Part shown: piece after piece, positions 1 through 8,605 of the stretch
Position numbering within the stretch: the stretch's first letter is position 1
How the letters are laid out: each line of letters starts with the position of its first letter
Source: Lachnospiraceae bacterium
GTDB taxonomy: Bacteria > Bacillota > Clostridia > Lachnospirales > Lachnospiraceae
Direction: 5' to 3'
Assembly (NCBI GenBank): GCA_017889125.1
Contig: JAGHER010000088.1
Coordinates: forward strand, 2,566 to 66,565
DNA: 64,000 nucleotides
Position numbers and translations under genes: made by a program
Notes under the pieces: generated by a model
What the model saw: only the letters and a program-made list of their open reading frames with translations
Database searches by the model: none
Told to the model about the DNA's origin: nothing

Positions 1-1
1 A

Positions 2-298
2 CTTTTTCTGCTGCTCCATATCGGTGGAAGTTATGAGAAATACATTGAGGGAAATGAAGAAAATTTTTTAAAGCTGGATGAAAAGAATCGGTATGGATAT
101 GCGTACAAGGTTTTGCTGGAGGCGACGGGGATGAATGCGAAGAAGAATTCAGATATAGGAAATCTGGCGGAACATGTCATGGTAGCGATACGGCAAGAGA
201 AGCGGATTAATCAGGATATCCATCAGATAAAGGGAAAGGTTAGCAGCAATGTAGGTATGATTATTGAATCAATTATGAATGAAGAACCGGATATTTAA
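2..298 (+). CDS. 3' end of an unidentified protein-coding gene cut by the window edge
   Basis: Reading frame 2 is open from base 2 to TAA 296-298; the track ORF 113..298 is only the part after an internal TTG. No motif I recognise. Confidence 0.3.
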   Translation, partial: LFLLLHIGGSYEKYIEGNEENFLKLDEKNRYGYAYKVLLEATGMNAKKNSDIGNLAEHVMVAIRQEKRINQDIHQIKGKVSSNVGMIIESIMNEEPDI

Positions 299-325
299 CG
301 TTTTGACAGTTGCAGACAGAAGATT

Positions 326-366
326 TTGCGCATCTATTGACACATCTGCGCAAATAAGGCATACTT
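326..366 (+). promoter_or_regulatory. Candidate sigma-A promoter with flanking inverted half-sites upstream of the LacI-family gene
   Basis: TTGACA 337-342, 17-nt spacer, CATACT 360-365; half-sites TTGCGCA 326-332 and TGCGCAA 347-353 bracket the -35 box. Confidence 0.3.
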
Positions 367-417
367 AAGAAAGGAGTGAGAAACAAAAAACGAAACGAAG
401 GAAGGGGAGCGAAAGCG

Positions 418-1464
418 ATGGGACAGGGTGAACAAATGCTGGAGGAAGAGAAGAGGAGCGAACGTGCTCCAGGGAAAAAGCTGACCATCAATGATGTGGC
501 GGAAGCCCTTGGCGTATCGGTCAGCACGGTGTCCAGGGCCATATCCGGAAAAGGCAGAATTGGGGAGGCCACCCGCAGGCGCGTTCTTGCTTTTATTGAG
601 GAGAATGACTATCATCCTAACGGTATAGCCAAAAGTCTTGCGCAATCCAGGACAAATAATATTGCAATCATCGTTCCGGATGTAAAAGGTATTGTGGCGG
701 TGCCCTTTTTTTATTTGTGTATGTGCGGCGTTAATGAGGTGGCCCAGGCCAGAGGCTATGACATGTTTGTGGTTTCTACCAGCGGAAAGGATACGAGCCA
801 TTTGGAACGGCTGATTAATGAAAACAAGGTAGACGGGATGATTCTTGGAAGTACCTACAAGGATGATGTTTTTGCGGCATTTCTGAAGGGGAAAGGGCTG
901 CCCTTTGTGACGATCGGCGAGCTGAATGACGAGGATGTGGTGCAGATTGACCATGACAATGAGGGGGCCTGCCGCGATCTTACCGCTATTCTCCTTTCCC
1001 GCCGGTGGAAGCGGATTGCCTACATGGGCGCGTCCAAAAACCTGCTGGTAGACGAGGCAAGGTACAATGGCTATCTTCAGGCCCATCGGGATGTGGGGGT
1101 TCAGGTGGACAAAAATCTTGTGTTCCGGGAAGAGCTCAGTGAGACTGCCATGCGGAGCCATGTAAAAGATATTCTGGACAGAGGGGCAGACTGCATTATC
1201 TGCCAGGATGACGGGGTCTGCAATATTGTTCTTGATGAGCTGCGCATCCAGGGGGCCAGGATCCCGGAGGATATCCGTGTGGCGTCCTGTCATAACAGCA
1301 AGGTATTGGACAATTATCCGGTATCCGTAACCTCTCTTCGCTTTGATAATACAGAGATTGGCCGCGTGGCCTGCTCCGTGCTTCTGGATCTTCTGGAAGG
1401 GAAAGAAGTTCCTCATAAGACGATTCTGGATTATGAGGTGGTGCTGAAAGAGTCGACGAAATAG
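418..1464 (+). CDS. LacI/GalR-family transcriptional repressor, probable regulator of the adjacent galactan operon (GanR-like)
   Basis: HTH LTINDVAEALGVSVSTVSRAISG near the N-terminus, then a sugar-binding periplasmic-binding-protein-like fold. ATG 418 has AGGGGAG 403-409 at 8 nt; the track start GTG 376 overlaps its own AAGGAG (371-376), so 418 is preferred. Confidence 0.85.
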   Translation: MGQGEQMLEEEKRSERAPGKKLTINDVAEALGVSVSTVSRAISGKGRIGEATRRRVLAFIEENDYHPNGIAKSLAQSRTNNIAIIVPDVKGIVAVPFFYLCMCGVNEVAQARGYDMFVVSTSGKDTSHLERLINENKVDGMILGSTYKDDVFAAFLKGKGLPFVTIGELNDEDVVQIDHDNEGACRDLTAILLSRRWKRIAYMGASKNLLVDEARYNGYLQAHRDVGVQVDKNLVFREELSETAMRSHVKDILDRGADCIICQDDGVCNIVLDELRIQGARIPEDIRVASCHNSKVLDNYPVSVTSLRFDNTEIGRVACSVLLDLLEGKEVPHKTILDYEVVLKESTK

Positions 1465-1509
1465 AAAAAAGCAGCAAATAGAGAAAAGCAAGCAGAAAGT
1501 CTTTTGATT

Positions 1510-1524
1510 TGCGCAATTTGCGCA
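1510..1524. promoter_or_regulatory. Perfect 15-bp palindrome TGCGCAA-T-TTGCGCA (candidate operator; could also act as a weak terminator hairpin for the regulator gene)
   Basis: Read directly: tgcgcaatttgcgca, followed by ttttgaaaggcttttttt. Same half-site as at 326-353 and 1637-1643. Confidence 0.4.
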
Positions 1525-1589
1525 TTTTGAAAGGCTTTTTTTGTTGGAAATAGACAAAAACATGATGCGATAAATAGCAATTATAGCTA

Positions 1590-1618
1590 TTGCACAAAAA
1601 TCAGTCTGTGCGTATAAT
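1590..1618 (+). promoter_or_regulatory. Sigma-A type promoter of the galactan operon
   Basis: TTGCAC 1590-1595, exactly 17 nt, TATAAT 1613-1618, about 100 nt upstream of the SBP start. Confidence 0.55.
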
Positions 1619-1629
1619 TACTAACAGAA

Positions 1630-1643
1630 CAAGCGCTTGCGCA
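1630..1643. promoter_or_regulatory. LacI/CcpA-type operator candidate just downstream of the -10 box
   Basis: 10-bp palindrome CAAGCGCTTG (1630-1639) containing the AAGCGCTT core typical of LacI-family/cre operators, overlapping another TTGCGCA half-site (1637-1643). Confidence 0.45.
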
Positions 1644-1717
1644 TAACACAAGGCGAACAGAGCGCAAAAAACGCAAATGCATTATCGGTGCAGGGTTCAC
1701 CGAAGAAGGAGGTTTCT

Positions 1718-3019
1718 ATGAAGAAGGGATTGGTAAGTGTGCTGCTGACGGCGTCGATGGCGTCTATGCTTCTTGCAGGATGCGGAGGCGGCGGTGAGGC
1801 CGCAGACACGCAGGGGCAGGCTGGCGCCCAGACCGGGGAGAAGCAGAATGTTCAGCTGACTGTATGGGGTGCGGAAAATGATCAGGCGATCCTTAAGGAA
1901 TTCGCGGATTCTTTTGCTCAGGAATATGCAGAGTACGCCAACTTTGACATCCAGGTAGGTGTTGAGAGTGAGTCCACGGCAAAGGATACGGTGCTTACTG
2001 ACGTTGAGGCAGCTGCAGATGTGTATTCCTTTGCATCGGATCAGCTGGCAGATCTGGTGAACGCCGGAGCGCTGCAGCCTGTTGATGACATGGATCAGGT
2101 GCTTCAGATGTATGCAGGAAAGACGGTGGATGAGGTAAAGCAGAGCAATACCGAGGGATCTGTTGACGCTGCCATGATGAATGGTAAGCTTTATGCCTTC
2201 CCCAGAACGGCGGACAACGGCTATTTCCTCTACTATGATTCAAACGTGCTTTCAGAGGAGGATGTAAAGTCATGGGATTCTCTTCTGGCAGCAGCGGAGA
2301 GTGCAGGGAAAAAGGTTGGCATGACGCTGGCTTCCGGCTGGTATGATGCTTCCTTCTTCTACAGCGCAGGATTTACCACCAGCCTCAATGAAGATGGCTC
2401 CACCTCCATGGACTGGAATAAGGAGGCAGATTACAGCGGCGTTGATGTGGCGAATGCCATGATCCATATTGCGTCCAGTCCGGCCTTTATGGCAATTGCC
2501 GATGGAGATATCTCCAATCAGCTGGCTTCCGGACAGCTCTGTGCGGCAGTGTCCGGTGTGTGGGATTCTGGTGTGGCTGAGAGTACATACGGCGATGGAT
2601 ATGCGGCTGCGATTCTTCCTACCTTCACGGTGGCCGGTGAGCAGGTACAGCAGCTGTCTGTAGTGGGCTGCAAGCTGGTAGCGGTAAATGCTTATTCAGA
2701 AAATGTAGGCTGGGCAACGCTTTTTGCAGACTGGATCACCAATGAGGAAGCACAGGCAAAGAGCTTTGCGCAGAACGGAACCGGCCCATCCAATGTAAAT
2801 GTGATGAATACAGATGCGGTACAGCAGAATGTTGCCATCGCTACTCTGGGTGAGCAGACCAACTATGGTGTTGTGCAGAGCGTGGGACAAAACTTCTGGG
2901 ATCCGGCAGCTACCTTTGGCGAGATGGTTGCAACTGGTGTGCTGAAGGAAGGAGACACGGCAGGAATACAGGCTGCACTGGATACGCTGGTAGACGGTGT
3001 GACGGCCCCGATCCAGTAA
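1718..3019 (+). CDS. ABC transporter solute-binding lipoprotein, maltodextrin/galacto-oligosaccharide type (CycB/GanS-like)
   Basis: AGGAGG 1707-1712 then ATG 1718. MKKGLVSVLLTASMASMLLAGC is a lipoprotein signal with lipobox LAGC. The track start 1637 lies upstream of the SD. First gene after the promoter. Confidence 0.85.
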   Translation: MKKGLVSVLLTASMASMLLAGCGGGGEAADTQGQAGAQTGEKQNVQLTVWGAENDQAILKEFADSFAQEYAEYANFDIQVGVESESTAKDTVLTDVEAAADVYSFASDQLADLVNAGALQPVDDMDQVLQMYAGKTVDEVKQSNTEGSVDAAMMNGKLYAFPRTADNGYFLYYDSNVLSEEDVKSWDSLLAAAESAGKKVGMTLASGWYDASFFYSAGFTTSLNEDGSTSMDWNKEADYSGVDVANAMIHIASSPAFMAIADGDISNQLASGQLCAAVSGVWDSGVAESTYGDGYAAAILPTFTVAGEQVQQLSVVGCKLVAVNAYSENVGWATLFADWITNEEAQAKSFAQNGTGPSNVNVMNTDAVQQNVAIATLGEQTNYGVVQSVGQNFWDPAATFGEMVATGVLKEGDTAGIQAALDTLVDGVTAPIQ

Positions 3020-3059
3020 GCTGTGCCCTTGCTGCAGGAGAAAAGAAAGGAGAGGGAAG

Positions 3060-4505
3060 ATGGAAAAGGCCAAAACCAAATCAGCGGCAGTATTTGCCGG
3101 GATTGGACATTATTTTGGGGACTTTGGGAGAGCGGTTAAGGATGGAGACCTTTTTGTGAAGCTGTCACTGCTCTGGATGGGAGCGGGATATTTTCGCAGA
3201 AAGCAGTATATCAAATCCATTCTGATCACGATATTTGAGGTATTGATTATTATCTACAGTGTGGTATTCGGTCTGCAGTACGTTCCTAAATTCGGAACGC
3301 TGGGTACGGTGAAGCGGGAAGCGGTCTTCAATCCCATGACCATGAAAAATGAGTTTAATCAATATGACAACTCATTTATGATCCTGTTGTTTTCGGTAAT
3401 CACCTTTGTGATATGGGCGGCATTTCTGGCAATTTACATTTCCAATGTAAAGCGTGCTTATGAGCTGCAGAAAATGGCGGAAAATGGAGAGCACATCAAT
3501 ACCTTCCTGGAGGATGTGAATACCTACCGGAATGAAAATTTCCACAAGACGCTGCTGGCGCTGCCGGTGGCCGGCGTGGTGCTCTTTACCGTGGTGCCCC
3601 TTCTGATCCTTGTGCTGGTTGCATTTACCAATTATGACCAGCAGCATATGCCTCCGGGAGAGCTGTTCACCTGGACTGGCCTCACCAACTTTATCAACCT
3701 GTTCGGCGGAGGCGGCCTCACCATTACCTTCGGCTACGCTTTTGTGCGGGTACTCCTCTGGACACTGGTATGGGCGGTATTTGCCACCTTTACCACCTAC
3801 ATCGGCGGAATCCTGTTATCCCTGCTGATTAACCACAAGCGGGTAAAGGGAAAGAAGATGTGGAGAACGCTGTTCATGGTAACCATTGCCGTGCCGCAGT
3901 TTGTATCCCTCCTTCTGGTTCGGAACTTTTTCGCCAACGGCGGCATCGTGAACACCATCTGCGCCAATATTGGCCTGACGGAATTTCTGCGGAACGCAGG
4001 CATAATCAGCACCTCCTACATTCCCTTCCTGTCCTCACCGGGATGGGCACATGTGATGATTATCCTCATTAATATCTGGGTAGGTGTTCCCTATCAGATG
4101 CTGATTGCCACAGGCGCCCTGATGAATCTGCCCACAGATCAGATCGAGAGTGCGCGCATTGACGGCGCTAATCCGACACAGATTTTCCGGCACATCACCA
4201 TGCCGTACCTGCTCTTTATCACCGGCCCGGCTCTGGTAACGGATTTTGTGAAGAATATCAATAACTTTAATGTAATTTACCTGCTGACACAGGATGTTTA
4301 TACCACCACCAATCAGGCCCTGGCCAATTCCCAGGCCAAAGAGGTGGATCTGCTGGTAACCTGGCTGTTCCGTCTGACGCAGGAATACTACAATTACAAG
4401 ATGGCGGCCGTAATCGGCATTATGGTATTTATTGTATGTGCAGGATTTACCCTGGTTGCTTTTACCCGGATGACAAAGGGGAACAGAGAGGAGGAGTATA
4501 ATTAA
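3060..4505 (+). CDS. ABC sugar permease, MalF/GanP-like
   Basis: Multi-pass membrane protein with ABC-permease EAA loop IESARIDGANPTQIFRHITMPYL; SD AAAGGAGAGGG before ATG 3060. Confidence 0.9.
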   Translation: MEKAKTKSAAVFAGIGHYFGDFGRAVKDGDLFVKLSLLWMGAGYFRRKQYIKSILITIFEVLIIIYSVVFGLQYVPKFGTLGTVKREAVFNPMTMKNEFNQYDNSFMILLFSVITFVIWAAFLAIYISNVKRAYELQKMAENGEHINTFLEDVNTYRNENFHKTLLALPVAGVVLFTVVPLLILVLVAFTNYDQQHMPPGELFTWTGLTNFINLFGGGGLTITFGYAFVRVLLWTLVWAVFATFTTYIGGILLSLLINHKRVKGKKMWRTLFMVTIAVPQFVSLLLVRNFFANGGIVNTICANIGLTEFLRNAGIISTSYIPFLSSPGWAHVMIILINIWVGVPYQMLIATGALMNLPTDQIESARIDGANPTQIFRHITMPYLLFITGPALVTDFVKNINNFNVIYLLTQDVYTTTNQALANSQAKEVDLLVTWLFRLTQEYYNYKMAAVIGIMVFIVCAGFTLVAFTRMTKGNREEEYN

Positions 4506-5347
4506 TGAAGCTGAAAGTGTCCGATATTTTAAGGTATGCACTTCTTGCGTTTTTGGCGCTGATCTGGCTGGTGCCCATTGTGTGGCTGCTGGCTACCTCC
4601 TTCAGCAAATATACCGGGATGAATACCACCACCTTCTTCCCTACAGAGTGGGGAATTGAAAATTACAAAAACCTGCTGTTCGGCGCGGATTCCGTAGCAC
4701 AGTTCCCCCACTGGTTCTGGAATACCATGGTTATTGCCGTATTTACCTGTGTGATTTCCACCGCCTTTGTCCTTATGGTGGCATACGCTACATCCTGCAT
4801 GCGCTTTAAGGGAAGAAAGGCGCTGATGAATATTTCCGTGGTCATCAACCTGTTTCCGGGCGTGCTTGCCATGATTGCGGTGTACTTCATCTTAAAGAGC
4901 TTTGATCTGACCAACAGCTACGTGGGATTAATCCTTGTGTACTCGGCCTCATCAGGACTTGGCTACCTGATTGCCAAGGGCTTTCTGGATACCGTTCCCG
5001 TGTCCCTGCGGGAGGCAGCGTATCTGGACGGCGCCAGCGAGGCCATGGTATTTTTCAAGGTGGTTATGCCCATGAGCAAGCCTATTATCGTGTACACCGT
5101 AATCAGCTCCTTCCTGGTGCCCTGGATGGATTTCGTGTACGCAAAGATGATTCTTAACTCCGGCGTGTCCTCACAGTGGACCGTAGCCATCGGCCTTTAC
5201 AACATGCTGGAAAAAAGCTTAATTAATACTTACTTTACCCAGTTCTGCGCAGGCGGTGTGCTGGTATCCATTCCCATCTCCATTCTGTTCATCATCATGC
5301 AGAAGTTCTATGTGGAGGGAGTTACCGGCGGCGCAGTGAAGGGCTGA
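4505..5347 (+). CDS. ABC sugar permease, MalG/GanQ-like
   Basis: TAATG overlap with the upstream permease (stop 4503-4505, ATG 4505); EAA loop LREAAYLDGASEAMVFFKVVMP; six predicted TM helices. Confidence 0.9.
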   Translation: MKLKVSDILRYALLAFLALIWLVPIVWLLATSFSKYTGMNTTTFFPTEWGIENYKNLLFGADSVAQFPHWFWNTMVIAVFTCVISTAFVLMVAYATSCMRFKGRKALMNISVVINLFPGVLAMIAVYFILKSFDLTNSYVGLILVYSASSGLGYLIAKGFLDTVPVSLREAAYLDGASEAMVFFKVVMPMSKPIIVYTVISSFLVPWMDFVYAKMILNSGVSSQWTVAIGLYNMLEKSLINTYFTQFCAGGVLVSIPISILFIIMQKFYVEGVTGGAVKG

Positions 5348-5363
5348 TGAAAGGAAAAATCAC

Positions 5364-6467
5364 ATGAAACCGTTTATTAAAGGAATGGACGTATCCTCTC
5401 TTAACGAGCTGGAGCAGCTTGGAGCAAAATACTACAAGGATGGGCAGGAGAAGGAGCTTCTGGAAATCCTTAAGGAATACGGGGCAAATTCCGTCCGTCT
5501 GCGGCTCTGGAATGACCCATACAGTGAATCCGGCATTCCTTACGGTGCAGGAACCAATGACTTAAAGACAACCATCAGCCTTGCCAGACGGGCGATGGCT
5601 ATGGGATATGATTTCCTTCTGGATCTGCATTACAGTGATTTCTGGGCAGATCCAGGCAAGCAGAGACTGCCGAAGGCCTGGAGAGACATGGGGGCGGGGC
5701 AGCTGGAGCAGGCTGTTTACGATTTCACCAGAGAGACTCTCCTTGCTCTGCAAAAGGAAAATGTATTCCCCACCATGATTCAGGTGGGAAATGAGCTGTC
5801 CAACGGGCTTTTGTGGCCCTATGGAAAGCGTCCGGATTACGAGAATATCAGCCGGTTTCTGAATGCGGGAATCCGGGCCGTGCGCAGCGTTGACCCAAAG
5901 CTGCCGGTGATGCTCCATCTGGACAATGGAGGGAACAATGCCCTTTACCGGGAATGGTTTGACGCATTTATCAAGTGGGGAGAGGAGTTTGAGGTAATCG
6001 GCTTATCATATTATCCCTTCTGGCACGGTTCTCTTCAGCAGCTGGAGGACAATATGCACGATCTGGCAGAGCGCTACGGCAAGGAGCTGATCGTGGCGGA
6101 GGTATCCATGGGATTTACCCTGGAGGATTACAAGGATTACGAAAAGCTTCCTGACAATGAGCGCAAAGGGATGGCCTCAAAGCCGGAGCTGGCGGCGAAG
6201 GTGGAATATCCCATGACGCCTCAGGGGCAGAGCGATTTTATGGAGGATTTTCTGACGCGGATTTCCCGGGTGAAGGGATGCACAGGATTTTATTACTGGG
6301 AGCCGGGCTGGCTTCCGGTGCCGGGAAGCCAGTGGGCCGGAGAGGAGGCTCTCGCCTACATTGAGGAGAAGGGTCCCGGCGGCAATGAATGGGCAAATCA
6401 GGCGCTCTTTGATTATGAGGGCCATGCCCTGAAGGCTCTTGAGACAATCCGGGATTTTCAGCCGTAA
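5364..6467 (+). CDS. ganB: GH53 arabinogalactan endo-beta-1,4-galactanase, apparently cytoplasmic
   Basis: GH53 blocks GANSVRLRLWNDP, LDLHYSDFWADPGKQ, IQVGNELSNG (acid/base Glu), IGLSYYPFWHG, LIVAEVSMGF (nucleophile Glu). The N-terminus MKPFIKGMDVSSLNE goes straight into the barrel with no signal peptide. Confidence 0.9.
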   Translation: MKPFIKGMDVSSLNELEQLGAKYYKDGQEKELLEILKEYGANSVRLRLWNDPYSESGIPYGAGTNDLKTTISLARRAMAMGYDFLLDLHYSDFWADPGKQRLPKAWRDMGAGQLEQAVYDFTRETLLALQKENVFPTMIQVGNELSNGLLWPYGKRPDYENISRFLNAGIRAVRSVDPKLPVMLHLDNGGNNALYREWFDAFIKWGEEFEVIGLSYYPFWHGSLQQLEDNMHDLAERYGKELIVAEVSMGFTLEDYKDYEKLPDNERKGMASKPELAAKVEYPMTPQGQSDFMEDFLTRISRVKGCTGFYYWEPGWLPVPGSQWAGEEALAYIEEKGPGGNEWANQALFDYEGHALKALETIRDFQP

Positions 6468-6478
6468 CAGGAGATATG

Positions 6479-6499
6479 CGCAGGCGCAGGATGCCTGCG
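6479..6499 (+). other. Intercistronic stem-loop without U-tract between GH53 and the 617-aa gene
   Basis: CGCAGGC 6479-6485 pairs with GCCTGCG 6493-6499 (7-nt loop); followed by gggattatag, so not a canonical terminator. Confidence 0.25.
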
Positions 6500-6532
6500 G
6501 GATTATAGACAGAAAGGTATGGTACAGGAAAG

Positions 6533-8386
6533 ATGGATAAATTTATTGTAAATATTATTCACCGTCCCGAGATGGTGCCGGAATACGCAGAAAAGGTGAC
6601 CGGACACGGGAAAGAGGAGAATATCGGCAGAAAGGCCCTGCTGACCGAATCTCTGGATATTTTTAAGTTTCAGCAGGAAACAGCCCACAAGAACGGCTTA
6701 AAGACCACGATTCAGATGACCTACGCTTCACTCTTTAATGAAGAGGCCATCAGCATTGCCAAAGCGGATCATGAAAAATACGGGGATGAGATTTCTCTGT
6801 CCCTTCTGGGTCTTCCCTGCGAGCAGTTCCGCGAAAAGTACAAGACAAAGGATTTCTGCATCTGGATGTTTTCTATGGAGGATAAGAAATCCATTGTCGA
6901 TGATGTATTCGGCAAGTTTTATGACATATTCGGTTTTTATCCGGAATCCACAGGCTCTTATTATATGGATGCGGAGCTGACCAATTACATTAAGGAGACC
7001 TATCCTTCCGTTAAATGCGCTATTGCTACCTGCTGGGAGGAAGGGCCGAAGGCTTACCACACCTGCAATAATTCCTGGTACACTTTATTTGACGGGGGCC
7101 CCTGGAATCCATGGATTCCTTCAAAGGAAAATACCCATGCTCCTGCAGCTAATGAGGCGGAGGACAGCGGAATTGTGGCAATTCCCCACCTGTCCCGTGA
7201 CCTGCTGGCATGCTATGACGGCAACGGTTCCAATTTCGGCACCCATCCGCAGAATGTACTGCGGGGAATGATTTACGATACCAAGACCTGGGAATTCCCC
7301 TACCTGTACAATCTGATTGACCAGTACCGGTCTCTGGAAAAGTACAACAATGGCTACGCCTACAATATGATGTTTGTGGGCCCAGGCTGGCTGAACAAGA
7401 TGGGACGCTGGGAGGCTCCCTACGAGCTGCTTAAGAAGTCCTACGAGGACGGCATGGCGTATTACGGGAAGCTGAAAAAGGAAGGCAAGCTGGATGATAT
7501 GACCATGGCGGAATTTGCCGATTATTACCGTCAGAAAAAGACCTATACGGAACCGGAGTGTGCGCTGTGGAAGGATGTGCTTTACGGCTCCCAAAAGCAG
7601 GTGTTCTGGTACTGCGATCCCTATATGCGGGCTTGTGTGAATATGGATCAGGGCGGAGCGATTGTGGATCTGCGGCCTTATGCAGCGAAGCTGAAATGGG
7701 AGGTGGGCATCGGCACAAAGCATGTACAGGATGCCTCCTATCCCTTCCTGATTCAGGAAAAATACAGAGCCGGATATTTCACCCATTATGCAGGGGAGGG
7801 TACGGTGCGCAGCGCCAAGATTTCCTACAAGGGTGAAGAGGTAGACCTGTGCCTGTGCCGGACGAAGGCCCATTTCTCTGAGGAGGATATGGGAGATGGA
7901 AAGAAGAGGCGGATTCTGACTCTGGATCCGGTGGATATTGAATTTTATGATCTGACCGTGAAGCTGCAGACGAGAGTAATCTTTTCTGAGGGAAGCTCCG
8001 AGATCCAGATCGAGCGGAGAATCTTAGAGATGAGCGATCCGTCCGCCAAGGTAAGCCTTAACGAATACATGGTGGCCTGCTACGGCACCACAGAGTATCC
8101 GGAGGATATGACCGGCATCACCCTTTCCTGTGAAAAGGCCGGCGAGGAAAAGACCATCTGCTACGAATACAAGTGCAGAGAAGAGGCGCTGGAGGGCGCA
8201 GAGAAGGTAAGCGCAGTTATCCCTGCGATTGAGACAAAGGTATCTATGCGTACAGATAAGGCATCGGCAAAGGGCTATGTCCGGGAAGGCTATGCATTCT
8301 CCCCGATGTTTACGTTAGGATATTCCACAGAAGTTTCTGATAAGGAGGTAGTGTCTACATGGCTCAGTCTGGAAAAGGCAAATTAA
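6533..8386 (+). CDS. Uncharacterised 617-aa cytoplasmic protein embedded in the galactan operon (candidate carbohydrate-active enzyme)
   Basis: Long ORF with normal codon usage between GH53 and GH42, no signal peptide or TM helix. I cannot place it in a family by eye. Confidence 0.8.
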   Translation: MDKFIVNIIHRPEMVPEYAEKVTGHGKEENIGRKALLTESLDIFKFQQETAHKNGLKTTIQMTYASLFNEEAISIAKADHEKYGDEISLSLLGLPCEQFREKYKTKDFCIWMFSMEDKKSIVDDVFGKFYDIFGFYPESTGSYYMDAELTNYIKETYPSVKCAIATCWEEGPKAYHTCNNSWYTLFDGGPWNPWIPSKENTHAPAANEAEDSGIVAIPHLSRDLLACYDGNGSNFGTHPQNVLRGMIYDTKTWEFPYLYNLIDQYRSLEKYNNGYAYNMMFVGPGWLNKMGRWEAPYELLKKSYEDGMAYYGKLKKEGKLDDMTMAEFADYYRQKKTYTEPECALWKDVLYGSQKQVFWYCDPYMRACVNMDQGGAIVDLRPYAAKLKWEVGIGTKHVQDASYPFLIQEKYRAGYFTHYAGEGTVRSAKISYKGEEVDLCLCRTKAHFSEEDMGDGKKRRILTLDPVDIEFYDLTVKLQTRVIFSEGSSEIQIERRILEMSDPSAKVSLNEYMVACYGTTEYPEDMTGITLSCEKAGEEKTICYEYKCREEALEGAEKVSAVIPAIETKVSMRTDKASAKGYVREGYAFSPMFTLGYSTEVSDKEVVSTWLSLEKAN

Positions 8387-8580
8387 ATTACCGCTGCCCG
8401 ATGTGCTTTATGCGGGATTTGGACATTGATATGTTCTATGATAAGGAAAAAAAGGAATATTACTGCATCCGCTGCCAGTATGTAGGCAGCGAGGAGGATG
8501 TGCTCAAGAGAAATGAGATTATCCGCATGAAATACGGAGCAATGATGAAACGGTTTACCATGGAGGAGATTCAGAGCTAA
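8359..8580 (+). CDS. Small (73 aa) CxxC...CxxC zinc-ribbon protein
   Basis: AGGAGG 8343-8348 sits 10 nt before ATG 8359, inside the 3' end of the upstream gene (28-nt overlap). Protein has RCPMC...CIRC pairs. Confidence 0.6.
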   Translation: MAQSGKGKLNYRCPMCFMRDLDIDMFYDKEKKEYYCIRCQYVGSEEDVLKRNEIIRMKYGAMMKRFTMEEIQS

Positions 8581-8605
8581 GGTTTTCGAATTGTGGAGGG
8601 ATGAC

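Noticed and set aside
334-1563. 409-aa ORF on the minus strand covering the whole LacI-family gene
   Set aside because: It is antisense to a gene with clear HTH and sugar-binding motifs. It has no SD and a low-complexity, Cys/His-rich composition typical of shadow ORFs in GC-rich coding DNA.
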